NCBI GenBank assembly: GCA_965223855.1 | Contig: CBDCXM010000009.1 | Span: 2,624,001-2,688,000, forward strand | From: Candidatus Multivoradales bacterium | Lineage (GTDB): Bacteria; Acidobacteriota; Thermoanaerobaculia; Multivoradales; JAHEKO01 | DNA: 64,000 nucleotides | Direction of reading: 5' to 3' | Part shown: positions 1 to 11,451 of the stretch, in pieces | Position numbering within the stretch: position 1 is the stretch's first letter | Layout: every line of letters starts with the position of its first letter | Notes under the pieces: generated by a model | Told to the model about the DNA's origin: nothing | Seen by the model: only the letters and a program-made list of their open reading frames with translations | Database searches by the model: none | Translations under genes and position numbers: made by a program

Positions 1-429
1 GGGAACGCCGACCGAGAGAATTCCTTCGTGATTGGGCTCGCCGGTCAGGACTCCGTCGTCGTCGAGGTAGAGAGTCTCCGTGGCGGCCAGGGGGGCTTTC
101 TCGCGGAAGTCGAAGGCGGTGACTTCGCCGTCGGCGCCGTGGAACACGAGGAACCCGCCGCCCCCGATGTTGCCGGCCGAAGGGAGCACCACCGCGAGCG
201 CAAAGGCGGTCGCGACGGCGGCATCGACCGCGTTGCCACCCTGCCGCAGGATCTCCTGCCCGACTTCCGTGCCCAGATAGTGGCTGGACGCCACCATGTG
301 ATGGCGCGCCTTCGCAGGGGTGCGGCCGCTCTGCGCACCTCCGGGAGAGGCGTCATCCATGACCAAGCATGAAAGAACAGCAAGGGTCGCAACCGACAGC
401 CCTCGCAGACGACCGGACAATCTCGCCAC
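1..429 (-). CDS. ggt: Gamma-glutamyltransferase, N-terminal part (runs off the window edge; absent from the ORF track)
   Basis: Manual translation from GTG 429: signal-like N-terminus, then HMVASSHYLGTEVGQEILRQGGNAVDAAVATAFALAVVLPSAGNIGGGGFLV...DFREKAP...SVGVP, the typical GGT N-terminal signature. Confidence 0.93.
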   Translation of the reverse strand, partial: MARLSGRLRGLSVATLAVLSCLVMDDASPGGAQSGRTPAKARHHMVASSHYLGTEVGQEILRQGGNAVDAAVATAFALAVVLPSAGNIGGGGFLVFHGADGEVTAFDFREKAPLAATETLYLDDDGVLTGEPNHEGILSVGVP

Positions 430-545
430 GCTAGACTCCTTCCAGACAGCTACAGACTGAACTGCTATTCGGTGATCCTAGCGGAAGTTAGGGAGCTACC
501 TGACGAGGTGATCCGGTAGCGCATTCTCCGGGAGAAGGGGGAGAT

Positions 546-1847
546 TTGATGCGAACGAGTTTATGGATGGTCGTGGGAGTAAGCATGCTCGCCTGTGCAT
601 TTGAGGAAGCGCCGCAATCCGGTTTGAAGGTGGCCGTCGTCGGAGACGGCCTGCGGGTGCCGACTGGACTGCCGGACGAGGACCGGATCTGGCCGTTGAA
701 CAGGGCGCAGGGTACGGCGATGTGGAGAGGCGCTAAGGCTGCCTATGATCACTCGCCCCGAGTGCGCGCGGCGCGAGACCACTTTCAGCTGGAAGCAATA
801 GGCGACGATGGCAGCGACGTACAAGCTGATCGCGTCGCGATGGAGATAGTGAGGGATCCCTCCTATCTCGCGGTGATCGGGCATGCGGCTTCCTCCACCA
901 CATATGAGGGAGGCAAGCACTACAGCCGCGCTCGATTACCGCTTCTCATGCCAATCGCGACTAGTCCCAGTGCCGTGCATCCTCCGGGGCGTCTCGAAGT
1001 GGCGGCGAGACTTCCCAGAACCTTTAGGTTGGCTCCGGCAGATGTCCCATTTCAGGCCGCGGCCGTCGGCCTGACGCTGAGAGAGCTGGGCGCTTCTTCC
1101 ATTGCGTTGATCGTGGATGATACGCCGGGCGCTAGGCGCTACTCCTTTCCCCTGAAAAACGCCATAGAAGACTATCTGCAGGAGCAGATACGGTTACAGT
1201 TTCCCATCGATAAATTGCAGGCACCGAGTTACTCTGGTCTGATAGATCAGATCTATGGAGAAGATGTCGATGCTGTCGTTTTCGTCGGCTACGCATCGTC
1301 GGTGATTTCGCTTCTAGCAAGTCTGAGGGACTCCTCAAACTCAAATGGTTCCAGACCTGCAGTTATCCTCACAGACGGCTGCAAAGCCCCGGATATTGAG
1401 AAGTTCCTCGAAGGCCTTGAAGTCTATCTAACTTTTCCGATTGCGAGTGTTGCCCGGCTTGACGAGAGTCAGTGCAACCCCGACGATCTAAAGATCTTGC
1501 GGGATGCAGTGTCGAACGAGTCCGAGGAGTCGTATGAGATGTTCGGCTACGACGCCGTTCTACTTGTGGCGCAGGCTGTCGAAGAGTGCGTGCTCCGCGG
1601 CCTAGACCGAGATTGCCTTGCGTCTGTGTTGGAGGATCTCTCGCAAAGAAGCTTCGTCGGGGTCTGCGAGCCCTATAGTTTCCTCGGAGGAGACAATCAA
1701 CATTCGGCCTACTACGTCTATCGCAGCCTTCCCGTTCAGCCTGGTGAGAAGAGCAGCACGAGCCTGTCCGTGTGGCGGAGGTACTCAGGCGATGAGCTGA
1801 GGAGGTTCTCCAATTTGCGTTCGAGATCCGAGGCGAGCGAAGGATGA
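546..1847 (+). CDS. Type I periplasmic binding protein (LivK/branched-chain amino acid-like), predicted lipoprotein
   Basis: Lipobox-like MLAC; DDGSD, AVIGHAASS, PLLMPIATSP, FRLAPAD, DAVVFVG and GYDAV motifs of LivJ/K-like proteins; lower GC than flanks. Confidence 0.8.
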   Translation: MMRTSLWMVVGVSMLACAFEEAPQSGLKVAVVGDGLRVPTGLPDEDRIWPLNRAQGTAMWRGAKAAYDHSPRVRAARDHFQLEAIGDDGSDVQADRVAMEIVRDPSYLAVIGHAASSTTYEGGKHYSRARLPLLMPIATSPSAVHPPGRLEVAARLPRTFRLAPADVPFQAAAVGLTLRELGASSIALIVDDTPGARRYSFPLKNAIEDYLQEQIRLQFPIDKLQAPSYSGLIDQIYGEDVDAVVFVGYASSVISLLASLRDSSNSNGSRPAVILTDGCKAPDIEKFLEGLEVYLTFPIASVARLDESQCNPDDLKILRDAVSNESEESYEMFGYDAVLLVAQAVEECVLRGLDRDCLASVLEDLSQRSFVGVCEPYSFLGGDNQHSAYYVYRSLPVQPGEKSSTSLSVWRRYSGDELRRFSNLRSRSEASEG

Positions 1848-3643
1848 AAGGCGTCTTCAGAGTTCTAGCTTCGCATCTCAGAGTCGGGTACGTAGGTGGA
1901 CTCGTTCTCCTTGATCTCGTCCTTTGGGTTCTGATTCTGTGGGACTGCTTCGCATTGGCAAGAAGAGAAGCTTCCCGGCGGACACTTGAGGCGGCCGCGA
2001 GCTTCGACTATGCGGCGCTGTCGAGAAGCGATCTTTCCAGGCTAGTTCTTATCCTGTTTGTGTTGGTACTTCTACTCCCGATCCTATTGGGAGCGGCTAG
2101 GATCACCTTCTTTAGTAGGACTCATTTCTCAAGGAGGTCCTGGCCAATCCGTGGCCGGGGCAGGGTTGTTTACGGCATTCACTGGCTATTGGCCCTAGGG
2201 TATGTGAGTGGACTGGCGGTACTGCTGCAAGCTGAGCGCTTGTCTGGTGTCCGGATCGTAGGTCAAGAGCCAGAGTTCAGCTATAGGAGCGCTTCAACAC
2301 TCCTTCTCGACGTGAGCAGCAGGGTCGTGGTGGGCGCGGTCGGCCTTCAGCTGTTTGCAATCGTATGTACTGAGGTCTATCAGATAGTCAAGGAGAAGCA
2401 GCGGCGTGCCCCATCCTCCGATAGGCCAGCGACGACCTGGTGGGGCTCGTACAAGAGCAAGACACTTCTTGCAGACCTGAAGAGTGACCTGTACCCGGGG
2501 TATCGAAGAAGCGGAAATTTTAATGCGGCTTCGATGGCCCCTGAACTCAGGGGCGTCAGGCGGAGGGCTCGCGAGCTTTTCGCAAGCTATCAGGCTCAGA
2601 CACCAGGCAGCCTTGCGTCCGGAGAGCGCCTCAACGAACTCTATTCTCGCTGTCAGGAGAAAATAGTCGCTCTCTTAGATGAAGGGACAAGGATGAAACA
2701 GTACCGTCTGGAGATACTGCCAGGTACTGCGCGAGCGCTTGATGTCGCGGTAGGGCGGGCCCGGGGGAGGCGGAAGAGGATCTTGTTGTCCCCGTTTGAA
2801 CACCCCGTCGAGCATGCGGTTGCTCGTTGGTTGGAGATCTCGGCTGGGTGTAAGGTCCATGAGTTCACGAACTTAGAGGATCTGGTGGACAAGCCTTGGG
2901 TTGCAACGATGGAAGCATTCTGCGGAAGCGTTGCCGCTGCGATTGAGGAGTACTCTGAGGCGGGCGAGTCGCCCATCCTCGTTATGAGTGAAGTGGCCTG
3001 GGCGAGCGGCTTGATAGTGCCAGTTCGTGAGGTAGTTGAGGACCTTGACCGAAGGATAGGGAGAGGAAAGTTCCAAGTTATCGTCGATGGCGCCCACGTG
3101 CCGGGTAACTTGGCTGTGGGGCGCGGTCTGGACTGTGCCGACTACTATCTGGCGAGTGCGCACAAATGGATGATGGCTCCAGATCCTTGCGGTTTACTAT
3201 TGAGTAGGCAGGGCGGCGACTTCTTCCCTGTTTATGACGGGTGGAGTGGTCAACTTCCCGAAAGCACTGCGAGCGTTCGACTTGTCTCTGGTCTCCTAGC
3301 CACGCTTGAGCAACTTGGGCCAAGAATGGGATACGTCCGTCAGCGGTCTTCGGAACTTGTAAGGGAGTTTCGGAGAAGGTTGCCGAGTCGGATCCAGGTC
3401 GTGGGCGAGGAGAGCGGTCTTGCCAACTCCTTCATGATGGCGGTCGAGCCTGAGGAGAAACTAGCGTGGCGATTCTCGAGTGCCAAGGAGATCGGGAGGT
3501 TCTGTGAGGCTCGAGGGGTAAGCTTGAATGCAATAGAAGCTCCGCACAATAGGATCTGGCTTCGAGTAGCTTTTCCCTACTTCCATGACGCTGGGAACGT
3601 GCGTAGGCTAGTTCGATGTTTAGAAGCATCCCTGGAGGGTTGA
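1844..3643 (+). CDS. Membrane protein with about 4 N-terminal TM helices fused to a class V (fold type I) PLP-dependent enzyme domain
   Basis: Four hydrophobic segments in aa 15-185, then NFNAAS, GTARAL, EHP, VIVDGAHVPG, DYYLASAHKW (PLP Lys) and LRVAFPYFH; ATGA overlap with the upstream gene. Confidence 0.8.
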   Translation: MKGVFRVLASHLRVGYVGGLVLLDLVLWVLILWDCFALARREASRRTLEAAASFDYAALSRSDLSRLVLILFVLVLLLPILLGAARITFFSRTHFSRRSWPIRGRGRVVYGIHWLLALGYVSGLAVLLQAERLSGVRIVGQEPEFSYRSASTLLLDVSSRVVVGAVGLQLFAIVCTEVYQIVKEKQRRAPSSDRPATTWWGSYKSKTLLADLKSDLYPGYRRSGNFNAASMAPELRGVRRRARELFASYQAQTPGSLASGERLNELYSRCQEKIVALLDEGTRMKQYRLEILPGTARALDVAVGRARGRRKRILLSPFEHPVEHAVARWLEISAGCKVHEFTNLEDLVDKPWVATMEAFCGSVAAAIEEYSEAGESPILVMSEVAWASGLIVPVREVVEDLDRRIGRGKFQVIVDGAHVPGNLAVGRGLDCADYYLASAHKWMMAPDPCGLLLSRQGGDFFPVYDGWSGQLPESTASVRLVSGLLATLEQLGPRMGYVRQRSSELVREFRRRLPSRIQVVGEESGLANSFMMAVEPEEKLAWRFSSAKEIGRFCEARGVSLNAIEAPHNRIWLRVAFPYFHDAGNVRRLVRCLEASLEG

Positions 3644-3968
3644 TGCTGCAGAAGTGGTACAAGATTCACCTGCGTCTTGGAGGGTAGAGCCGGGTAGCGA
3701 GGGGCGGCGTCGAACGCTCGTTGGCGCAGCTGCGGAGTCGGTTCGGAAGAGAGGTCTCGCCACCTTGCGTCGGAGGCCCTGTTCGGGTGTGAGGTCAGGA
3801 ATGGGGCAGCGGTCACGATCTGCGTCGCCTGTGGTACCTTGAGAAAAGTTCTTGCTACAAGGCCGCGCCCGGGATCGTCTCGAGCGCGACTTCCGGCTAC
3901 GCGCAGGAAGAGGCGGGTGAGGAACCGGATGTCGCCCCTTCCTGTCCGATCGACAGAAGGAGACGCAT

Positions 3969-6596
<2,628 letters not shown>

Positions 6597-6615
6597 GCCT
6601 CGAGAGTCCGCAGTC

Positions 6616-6655
6616 TTTTTCGGCCCCCCGGCGACTCCGTCGGGGGGCCGTTTTC
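6616..6655 (+). terminator. Rho-independent terminator after the TonB receptor
   Basis: Stem CGGCCCCCCGGCG (6621-6633) / CGTCGGGGGGCCG (6638-6650) followed by TTTT. Confidence 0.8.
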
Positions 6656-6681
6656 GTACCGCAGGGAGAAGGGAGCTCGCG

Positions 6682-7827
6682 ATGAAGACGAAGATTCGAT
6701 CGACCGGGGAGGAGCGCACGATCACGCGGCGTGGGCTGCTCGGTGGTGTCGGCGGCGGAGTGGCACTCGCCGCTGCCGCGACCGTGGCGGCACCGGCCGT
6801 GCGGCGAGCCGGACAGAGTCCCGTGGTGGTGGCCTCGGCCAATGGGCATCGTTATCGCAACGGAGGATCGACGACCTGCGTCGAAGAGGCATTCCGCCTC
6901 CTCGTAGACGGGGGCGACCCGCTCGAGGCGGTGGTGGCGGGAGTCGAGATCGTCGAACTCGATCCCGAGGACTCGAGCGTCGGCTACGGCGGTCTTCCGA
7001 ACGCTGACGGCGTCGTCCAGCTCGACGCCTGCTGCATGGACGGAGCGAGCCGGCGCGCCGGGGGAGTGGCGGCGCTCGAGGGAGTACGGACCCCGGCACG
7101 GGTCGCCATGGCGGTAGCCGAGCAGACCGACCATCACCTGCTGGTGGGCCCCGGGGCTCGGCGCTTCGCCCGGAATCTCGGGTTCGAGGTCGAGGACGAC
7201 CTCAACACCGATCACTCTCGCTCGCGCTGGCTCGAGTGGAAACGCCGCACCGATCCGCTTCACTATCTCGACCCGGAGGCGAGGGAGATCGCGTTCGACT
7301 CGGTGCGCCGCGAGATGGTTCGGGAGGGGCGGATCGACGGCGAGCATGTCTACGGCACCATTCACTGCTCGGCTGTCGATGGGACGGGCCGGGTGGCCGG
7401 AGTCACGACGACGAGCGGCCTGGCGTGGAAGATCCCGGGCAGGGTGGGCGACTCACCGATCCTGGGTGCCGGGCTCTATGTCGACGGAGACGTGGGCGCC
7501 GCCGGCTCGACCGGGCGCGGCGAGGCCAACCTCTACTCGCTGGCGAGCTTCCTGATCGTCGAGGAGATGCGGCGCGGTGCCGGCCCCAGGGATGCCGGCA
7601 TGGAGGCGTTGCGCAGAATCGCCGGCAACACGATCGAGAAGCGGTTGCTCACAAAGGACGGTCGCCCGTCCTTCAACCTCAAGTTCTATGTGCTCGGTCG
7701 CGCCGGCGAGCACGCCGGGGTGTCGATGTGGGCCGGTGAGCGGCAGCAGTATGCAGTCTGCACGGAGAACGGAGGAGAGATCCTGATGTGCGACTCACTC
7801 TTCGGAGAGCGGCCCGAGGAGGACTGA
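6682..7827 (+). CDS. Tat-exported glycosylasparaginase / type 2 asparaginase (Ntn hydrolase)
   Basis: TRRGLL Tat motif; SVGYGGLPN, LDACCMDG, YG/TIHC autocleavage Thr, TTTSGLAWKIPGRVGDSPILGAG, STGRGE. Confidence 0.92.
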   Translation: MKTKIRSTGEERTITRRGLLGGVGGGVALAAAATVAAPAVRRAGQSPVVVASANGHRYRNGGSTTCVEEAFRLLVDGGDPLEAVVAGVEIVELDPEDSSVGYGGLPNADGVVQLDACCMDGASRRAGGVAALEGVRTPARVAMAVAEQTDHHLLVGPGARRFARNLGFEVEDDLNTDHSRSRWLEWKRRTDPLHYLDPEAREIAFDSVRREMVREGRIDGEHVYGTIHCSAVDGTGRVAGVTTTSGLAWKIPGRVGDSPILGAGLYVDGDVGAAGSTGRGEANLYSLASFLIVEEMRRGAGPRDAGMEALRRIAGNTIEKRLLTKDGRPSFNLKFYVLGRAGEHAGVSMWAGERQQYAVCTENGGEILMCDSLFGERPEED

Positions 7828-7918
7828 GCCACCTGGAGGGCCGAGGCCCCTCCCGTGAGAGCAGGACGAGCTGAGGCTCGGGCTCGCACGGGTCAGTCCC
7901 CCGGGTCAGTCGGCCAGG

Positions 7919-9610
7919 TCAGTCGGCCGGCGAGTCGCCGTCACGTTCCCGAAAAGCGAAGAAGCGTCCCCAGCACGAAGCGAGCTCGACCCCGCGAGGC
8001 AGGAGAGCGGCGATGTAGTAGCGCCCGGTCTCGGCCTCGGCGATCGCGCCACCCAGGTTCTCGGCGTGGACGATGCCCTTCGGGAAGAGGTTGAGGTGCA
8101 TGTCCTGGTAGTACTGGTCCTGTGGGTAGACCTCGTCCCAGCCTTTGCCGTACTGCTCGCGCAGCTTGGCTTCGGCGACGGCGAAGGTGCCCGGGTGGAT
8201 CTGCCGCTGGATGGTGTTCATCGGGTGCTCCATCGCCACGCAGTCGATCCCCAGCCACTTGATCTTCCGCTCGAGGCACCACTGGGCGAAGTCGGGTGAC
8301 GGGCCGGGGTGCTGGATCATGTAGCGGAACTCGTCCGAGTCGACGCTGTTCCAGCCGAAGCGGTGCCAGCCGGTCTTGAGCAGCAGGATGTCCCCTTCCC
8401 GCACGTCGATACGCCGCTCGATCATCTCGGGTGTGTAGACGCTGGAGTCGCTGACGTCCTCGGAGATGTCCACGATGACGCCCGGGCCGTGCCAGGATTC
8501 GAGTGGCACCTCGCCGATGGTGCGACCGGCCGCCCAGAAGTGCTTCTCGCCGTCCATGTGGGTCGCGAGGTGGAAGCTCGCCCGGCAGTGGGCGTTGTTG
8601 CGGCCGAGACCGAGATCCTGGCCGCCGACCCGCTTGGTGTACTTGATCGATAGCGGCTCGTAGTTGGCCCACTGCGGCGTCTGGACGCTGAAGGGGAGAG
8701 TGAGGTCGAGCAGTTCGATCTCGTTCGCCGCGTCGTCGAAGTCGTCCTGCGCGGAGGCGTCGGGAGCGGTGAGCGCGACCGGGCGCATCCAGGAGGATTC
8801 GACCTCCATGAAGGGCAGCGGGGGGAGGCAGAACCAGGCCCGGCGGCCGAGGAGCCTGGGCAGGTCGCCGCCCAGGGATTCCGCCAGCAGGAGCCCCGAC
8901 TTCGGCAGCCGGCGATGGGTCATGGCGTAGTAGTCGCTCGGCGGGAAGAGCTCGTCCCATCGCTTGCCGAAGCGCTCCATGGCGAGCCGCTCCGCCTTCT
9001 CGAACTCCCGCGGGTGCATGCGCCTCAGGCTCGTGTTCATCGGGTGCTCCGCCGAGCCGCAGTCGACGGCGACCACCTTGAGCCGGCGCTCGAGGGCCCA
9101 CTCGAAGAAGTCGGGGGAGGGGCCCGGATGCCGGAGATAGAAGCCGAACTCCTTGTTCTCGACGCCGCCCTGGGCCTCCGGGTTGGCGACGTCCGGCTGG
9201 TCCCAGCCGTAGCGGGCGTAGCCCGTGTGCACCACGAGGATGTCGCCGTCCCGTATCTCGGCGCGCGAGGCGATGGTCTCAGGGTCGTAGAAGCCATAGT
9301 CCTCGACGACATCGGAGACATCGACGACGACGCCTGGTCCCGTGAAGGCTGAGAGCGGCAGGTCGGCCAGCGCCGAGGCGCCCGAGTGGAACGCCCGCGG
9401 TCCGACGAGATGGGTGCCGGTGTTATTGCTCCATTCGATCAACTGCCCGTTGGCCCCCTGGCCGCCTCCCCAGGAGCCGGTCAGTCGCTTGAAGAAGTGC
9501 ACCTGAAGGGGCATCTCGCCGGGGTACGGCGGCGTGAAGAGCGAGAGCGGCTGAGCGAGGTCGTGCCACTCGGCGGACGAGAGAAGGTCGAGGACCTGCT
9601 TGCGGTTCAT
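7919..9610 (-). CDS. Tandem two-domain cyclase-family (kynurenine formamidase-like) metal hydrolase
   Basis: Start MNRKQVLD after AGGAG RBS; two homologous halves each with GPGVxVDxS, GDILxxxTG, HPGPSPDF, DC...EHPMNT; THMDGEKH in domain 2. Confidence 0.85.
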   Translation of the reverse strand: MNRKQVLDLLSSAEWHDLAQPLSLFTPPYPGEMPLQVHFFKRLTGSWGGGQGANGQLIEWSNNTGTHLVGPRAFHSGASALADLPLSAFTGPGVVVDVSDVVEDYGFYDPETIASRAEIRDGDILVVHTGYARYGWDQPDVANPEAQGGVENKEFGFYLRHPGPSPDFFEWALERRLKVVAVDCGSAEHPMNTSLRRMHPREFEKAERLAMERFGKRWDELFPPSDYYAMTHRRLPKSGLLLAESLGGDLPRLLGRRAWFCLPPLPFMEVESSWMRPVALTAPDASAQDDFDDAANEIELLDLTLPFSVQTPQWANYEPLSIKYTKRVGGQDLGLGRNNAHCRASFHLATHMDGEKHFWAAGRTIGEVPLESWHGPGVIVDISEDVSDSSVYTPEMIERRIDVREGDILLLKTGWHRFGWNSVDSDEFRYMIQHPGPSPDFAQWCLERKIKWLGIDCVAMEHPMNTIQRQIHPGTFAVAEAKLREQYGKGWDEVYPQDQYYQDMHLNLFPKGIVHAENLGGAIAEAETGRYYIAALLPRGVELASCWGRFFAFRERDGDSPAD

Positions 9611-9732
9611 GCGGATGTCTCCTGTTGTGGTGCGGCGCTGCCAGTGTCGGATTCTAGTCGGCGGCGGACCGGTCATCGGGGCCGGGCTTTCGGGCGGGCG
9701 TGCGGAGTCGGCCTCCGGGCTAGGATGGCGCG

Positions 9733-9900
9733 ATGAACGAGAAACTCTCGGGTGATGCCGCGCAGATCGAGGCGCTGATTGCCAGCGACGACAGTCCCGT
9801 CGGTATCGATGCGAAGAAGACTCACGTCCTGATCCTGCAGAAGCTGATCGCGATCGAATCGCGGCTGGAGCGGCTCGAGCGGCAGATCGCAGCGAGGTAG
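9733..9900 (+). CDS. Small 55-aa hypothetical protein with coiled-coil C-terminus (below ORF-track cutoff)
   Basis: MNEKLSGDAAQIEALIASDDSPVGIDAKKTHVLILQKLIAIESRLERLERQIAAR*; fills an intergenic gap with host-like codon usage; TAGGAT 6 nt upstream. Confidence 0.65.
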   Translation: MNEKLSGDAAQIEALIASDDSPVGIDAKKTHVLILQKLIAIESRLERLERQIAAR

Positions 9901-9929
9901 AGGCGATCGGGGCCGGGCGCTCGGGGCGG

Positions 9930-10667
9930 TCAGCTCGCCGGGCGAGCGGGCGCTTTGGAGAGCCGCCGGACGATCTCGAGGATCGCCTGCGGAGTCTCGG
10001 CGACGTGATCAGGGGCATGCCGCCATCGGTGCGGTGCTGCGTCGCCGTACTCGGCGCCGATGCTGACGACTTGCCAGGGAGTTCCTCTGCGGCCGAGCCA
10101 CGCCCGTGCGCGACGCACGCATTCGACGTCGACCGGATGATCGCCGATGTAGACGACGGTGCCGGACGGCTCGTCCCCCAGGCTCGCGGCGCAGTCGAGC
10201 AGACCATGAGGTTCCGGCTTCTGGTGCTCGAACGGAAGATCCTCGTCGGCGACGATGTGCTCGAAATGACCGAGTACCCCGGAGGCCTCGAGCGCGCGCT
10301 CGATGTTCTCGCGGCCGTTCTGCGAGACGATTCCCTGGCGAATCGTGCCGAGTGCTTCGAGGACCGCCGGAATGCCGTCGAAGAGTGGGGGAGGGATGCG
10401 GTCGCCACGGTGCAGCTCGGTCCACAGATCTGCCGCCTCGTGGGTGCTCTCGATCGGAAGGTCGAAGTGCTCCACGTAGAGCCGCCGCCAGTTGGCGGAG
10501 CGGTGAACGGCGTCGCCGTAGACCTCGACATCGGCCAGAGCGGGGACGCTCGTCCAACAGCGATCGGTCAGGGTCTCGAAGATCTGACGGGTGATCTCGA
10601 GGTTGCGGCTGCGGGTGTCGGCGAGGGTGCCGTCGAAGTCCCACACCACCGCCGTGACTCCTGGCAT
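9930..10667 (-). CDS. HAD-family hydrolase (phosphoglycolate phosphatase-like)
   Basis: WDFDGTLAD motif I, GIVS, KPEP and YIGDHPVD motifs; start trimmed to MPGVTAVV. Confidence 0.9.
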   Translation of the reverse strand: MPGVTAVVWDFDGTLADTRSRNLEITRQIFETLTDRCWTSVPALADVEVYGDAVHRSANWRRLYVEHFDLPIESTHEAADLWTELHRGDRIPPPLFDGIPAVLEALGTIRQGIVSQNGRENIERALEASGVLGHFEHIVADEDLPFEHQKPEPHGLLDCAASLGDEPSGTVVYIGDHPVDVECVRRARAWLGRRGTPWQVVSIGAEYGDAAPHRWRHAPDHVAETPQAILEIVRRLSKAPARPAS

Positions 10668-10690
10668 CGCTCTCACCCCAGGGCTCCGGT

Positions 10691-11134
10691 TCAGTCGTCG
10701 CTCGGCGGCAGATAGTGGAACCATACGCGGGTCGGCCCACCGGCCTGACTGCTTCCGACCGCGATCGTCCGGCGCGCGGAGCGTCGCGGCGGGTCGTAGT
10801 TCGGATCGGGCTCGACGACGATGGCGTCGCCGGTATCGAGCTGCTTCAGATAGTCCGCCAGTCGATCCGCGTCCGCACCGGTGAGCTCGAAGCGTACTCC
10901 GACGCCGACACCGGGGTCCGTCCATTGCACGACTGCCCTGCCGCTGATCGAGCCGTGAGTTTCCAGGGGAAGCTCAAACCGGAAACCGTCCCCGGGCTGG
11001 AGCCCGGTCAGAATCGCAACGAACGCCCCGGTTCGCGACAGATTGCTGATCGGCGCCCGGCTCGACCCGAGCAGCATCTCCGCGGTCTGCGCCGTGCGGG
11101 AACTCGCTCGCCGCTCCTGCGGCGCGTCGGTCAT
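10691..11134 (-). CDS. PilZ-domain protein (putative c-di-GMP binding)
   Basis: ERRASSR (RxxxR) and NLSRTGAF ((D/N)xSxxG) motifs, GVGVRF. Confidence 0.8.
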   Translation of the reverse strand: MTDAPQERRASSRTAQTAEMLLGSSRAPISNLSRTGAFVAILTGLQPGDGFRFELPLETHGSISGRAVVQWTDPGVGVGVRFELTGADADRLADYLKQLDTGDAIVVEPDPNYDPPRRSARRTIAVGSSQAGGPTRVWFHYLPPSDD

Positions 11135-11194
11135 TCGAAGAATTCTGCCACAGTCGGGCGAGGTCGTCTCGGACAGTGAGCTTCACGGCGCGCC

Positions 11195-11316
11195 ATTCGC
11201 CCGGCGCGCGTCATTCACCTGGCACCTGGCTCCGGCACGCCATTCACCCGGCACGCCATTCACCTGGCACCTGGCCACACTGCACTGGGCACGCTCCGGT
11301 CTATTCACCTGGCACC
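11195..11316. repeat. Cluster of ATTCACCTGGCACC repeats (REP-like satellite)
   Basis: Exact copies at 11213-11226, 11258-11271 and 11303-11316; variants at 11195 and 11242; exact 16-bp tandem CCGGCACGCCATTCAC at 11232-11263. Confidence 0.9.
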
Positions 11317-11451
11317 TCGATGGGTGCACCTGGGGTTGGCGGCCATCCGGGGATCCAGTCGAGAAGGTGCTGTTCCACAGGCTTGACGGCAAGGTCGCGT
11401 ATAGTCTCGTAGCTCGCCTCAGTCTGCTATCTACCTGGAAGGAAACGACCT

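Noticed and set aside
3664-3672. ATTCACCTG just downstream of the low-GC gene pair as a link to the transposase motif
   Set aside because: Only 9 of 14 bp match and the same 9-mer occurs inside rnhA (about 34948), so chance is sufficient; no matching copy at the left border
3644-3968. Riboswitch (cobalamin/TPP) in the long leader of the TonB receptor
   Set aside because: No B12-box or TPP consensus recognisable by eye; an Rfam scan would settle it
11195-11316. Repeat cluster as a mini CRISPR array
   Set aside because: The repeat is only 14 bp, spacers are 2-31 nt and partly repeat-derived, and there are no cas genes in the window
11383-11405. TTGACG...TATAGT sigma70 promoter for the 11452 gene
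   Set aside because: The spacer is 11 nt rather than about 17; only the -10-like hexamer is plausible
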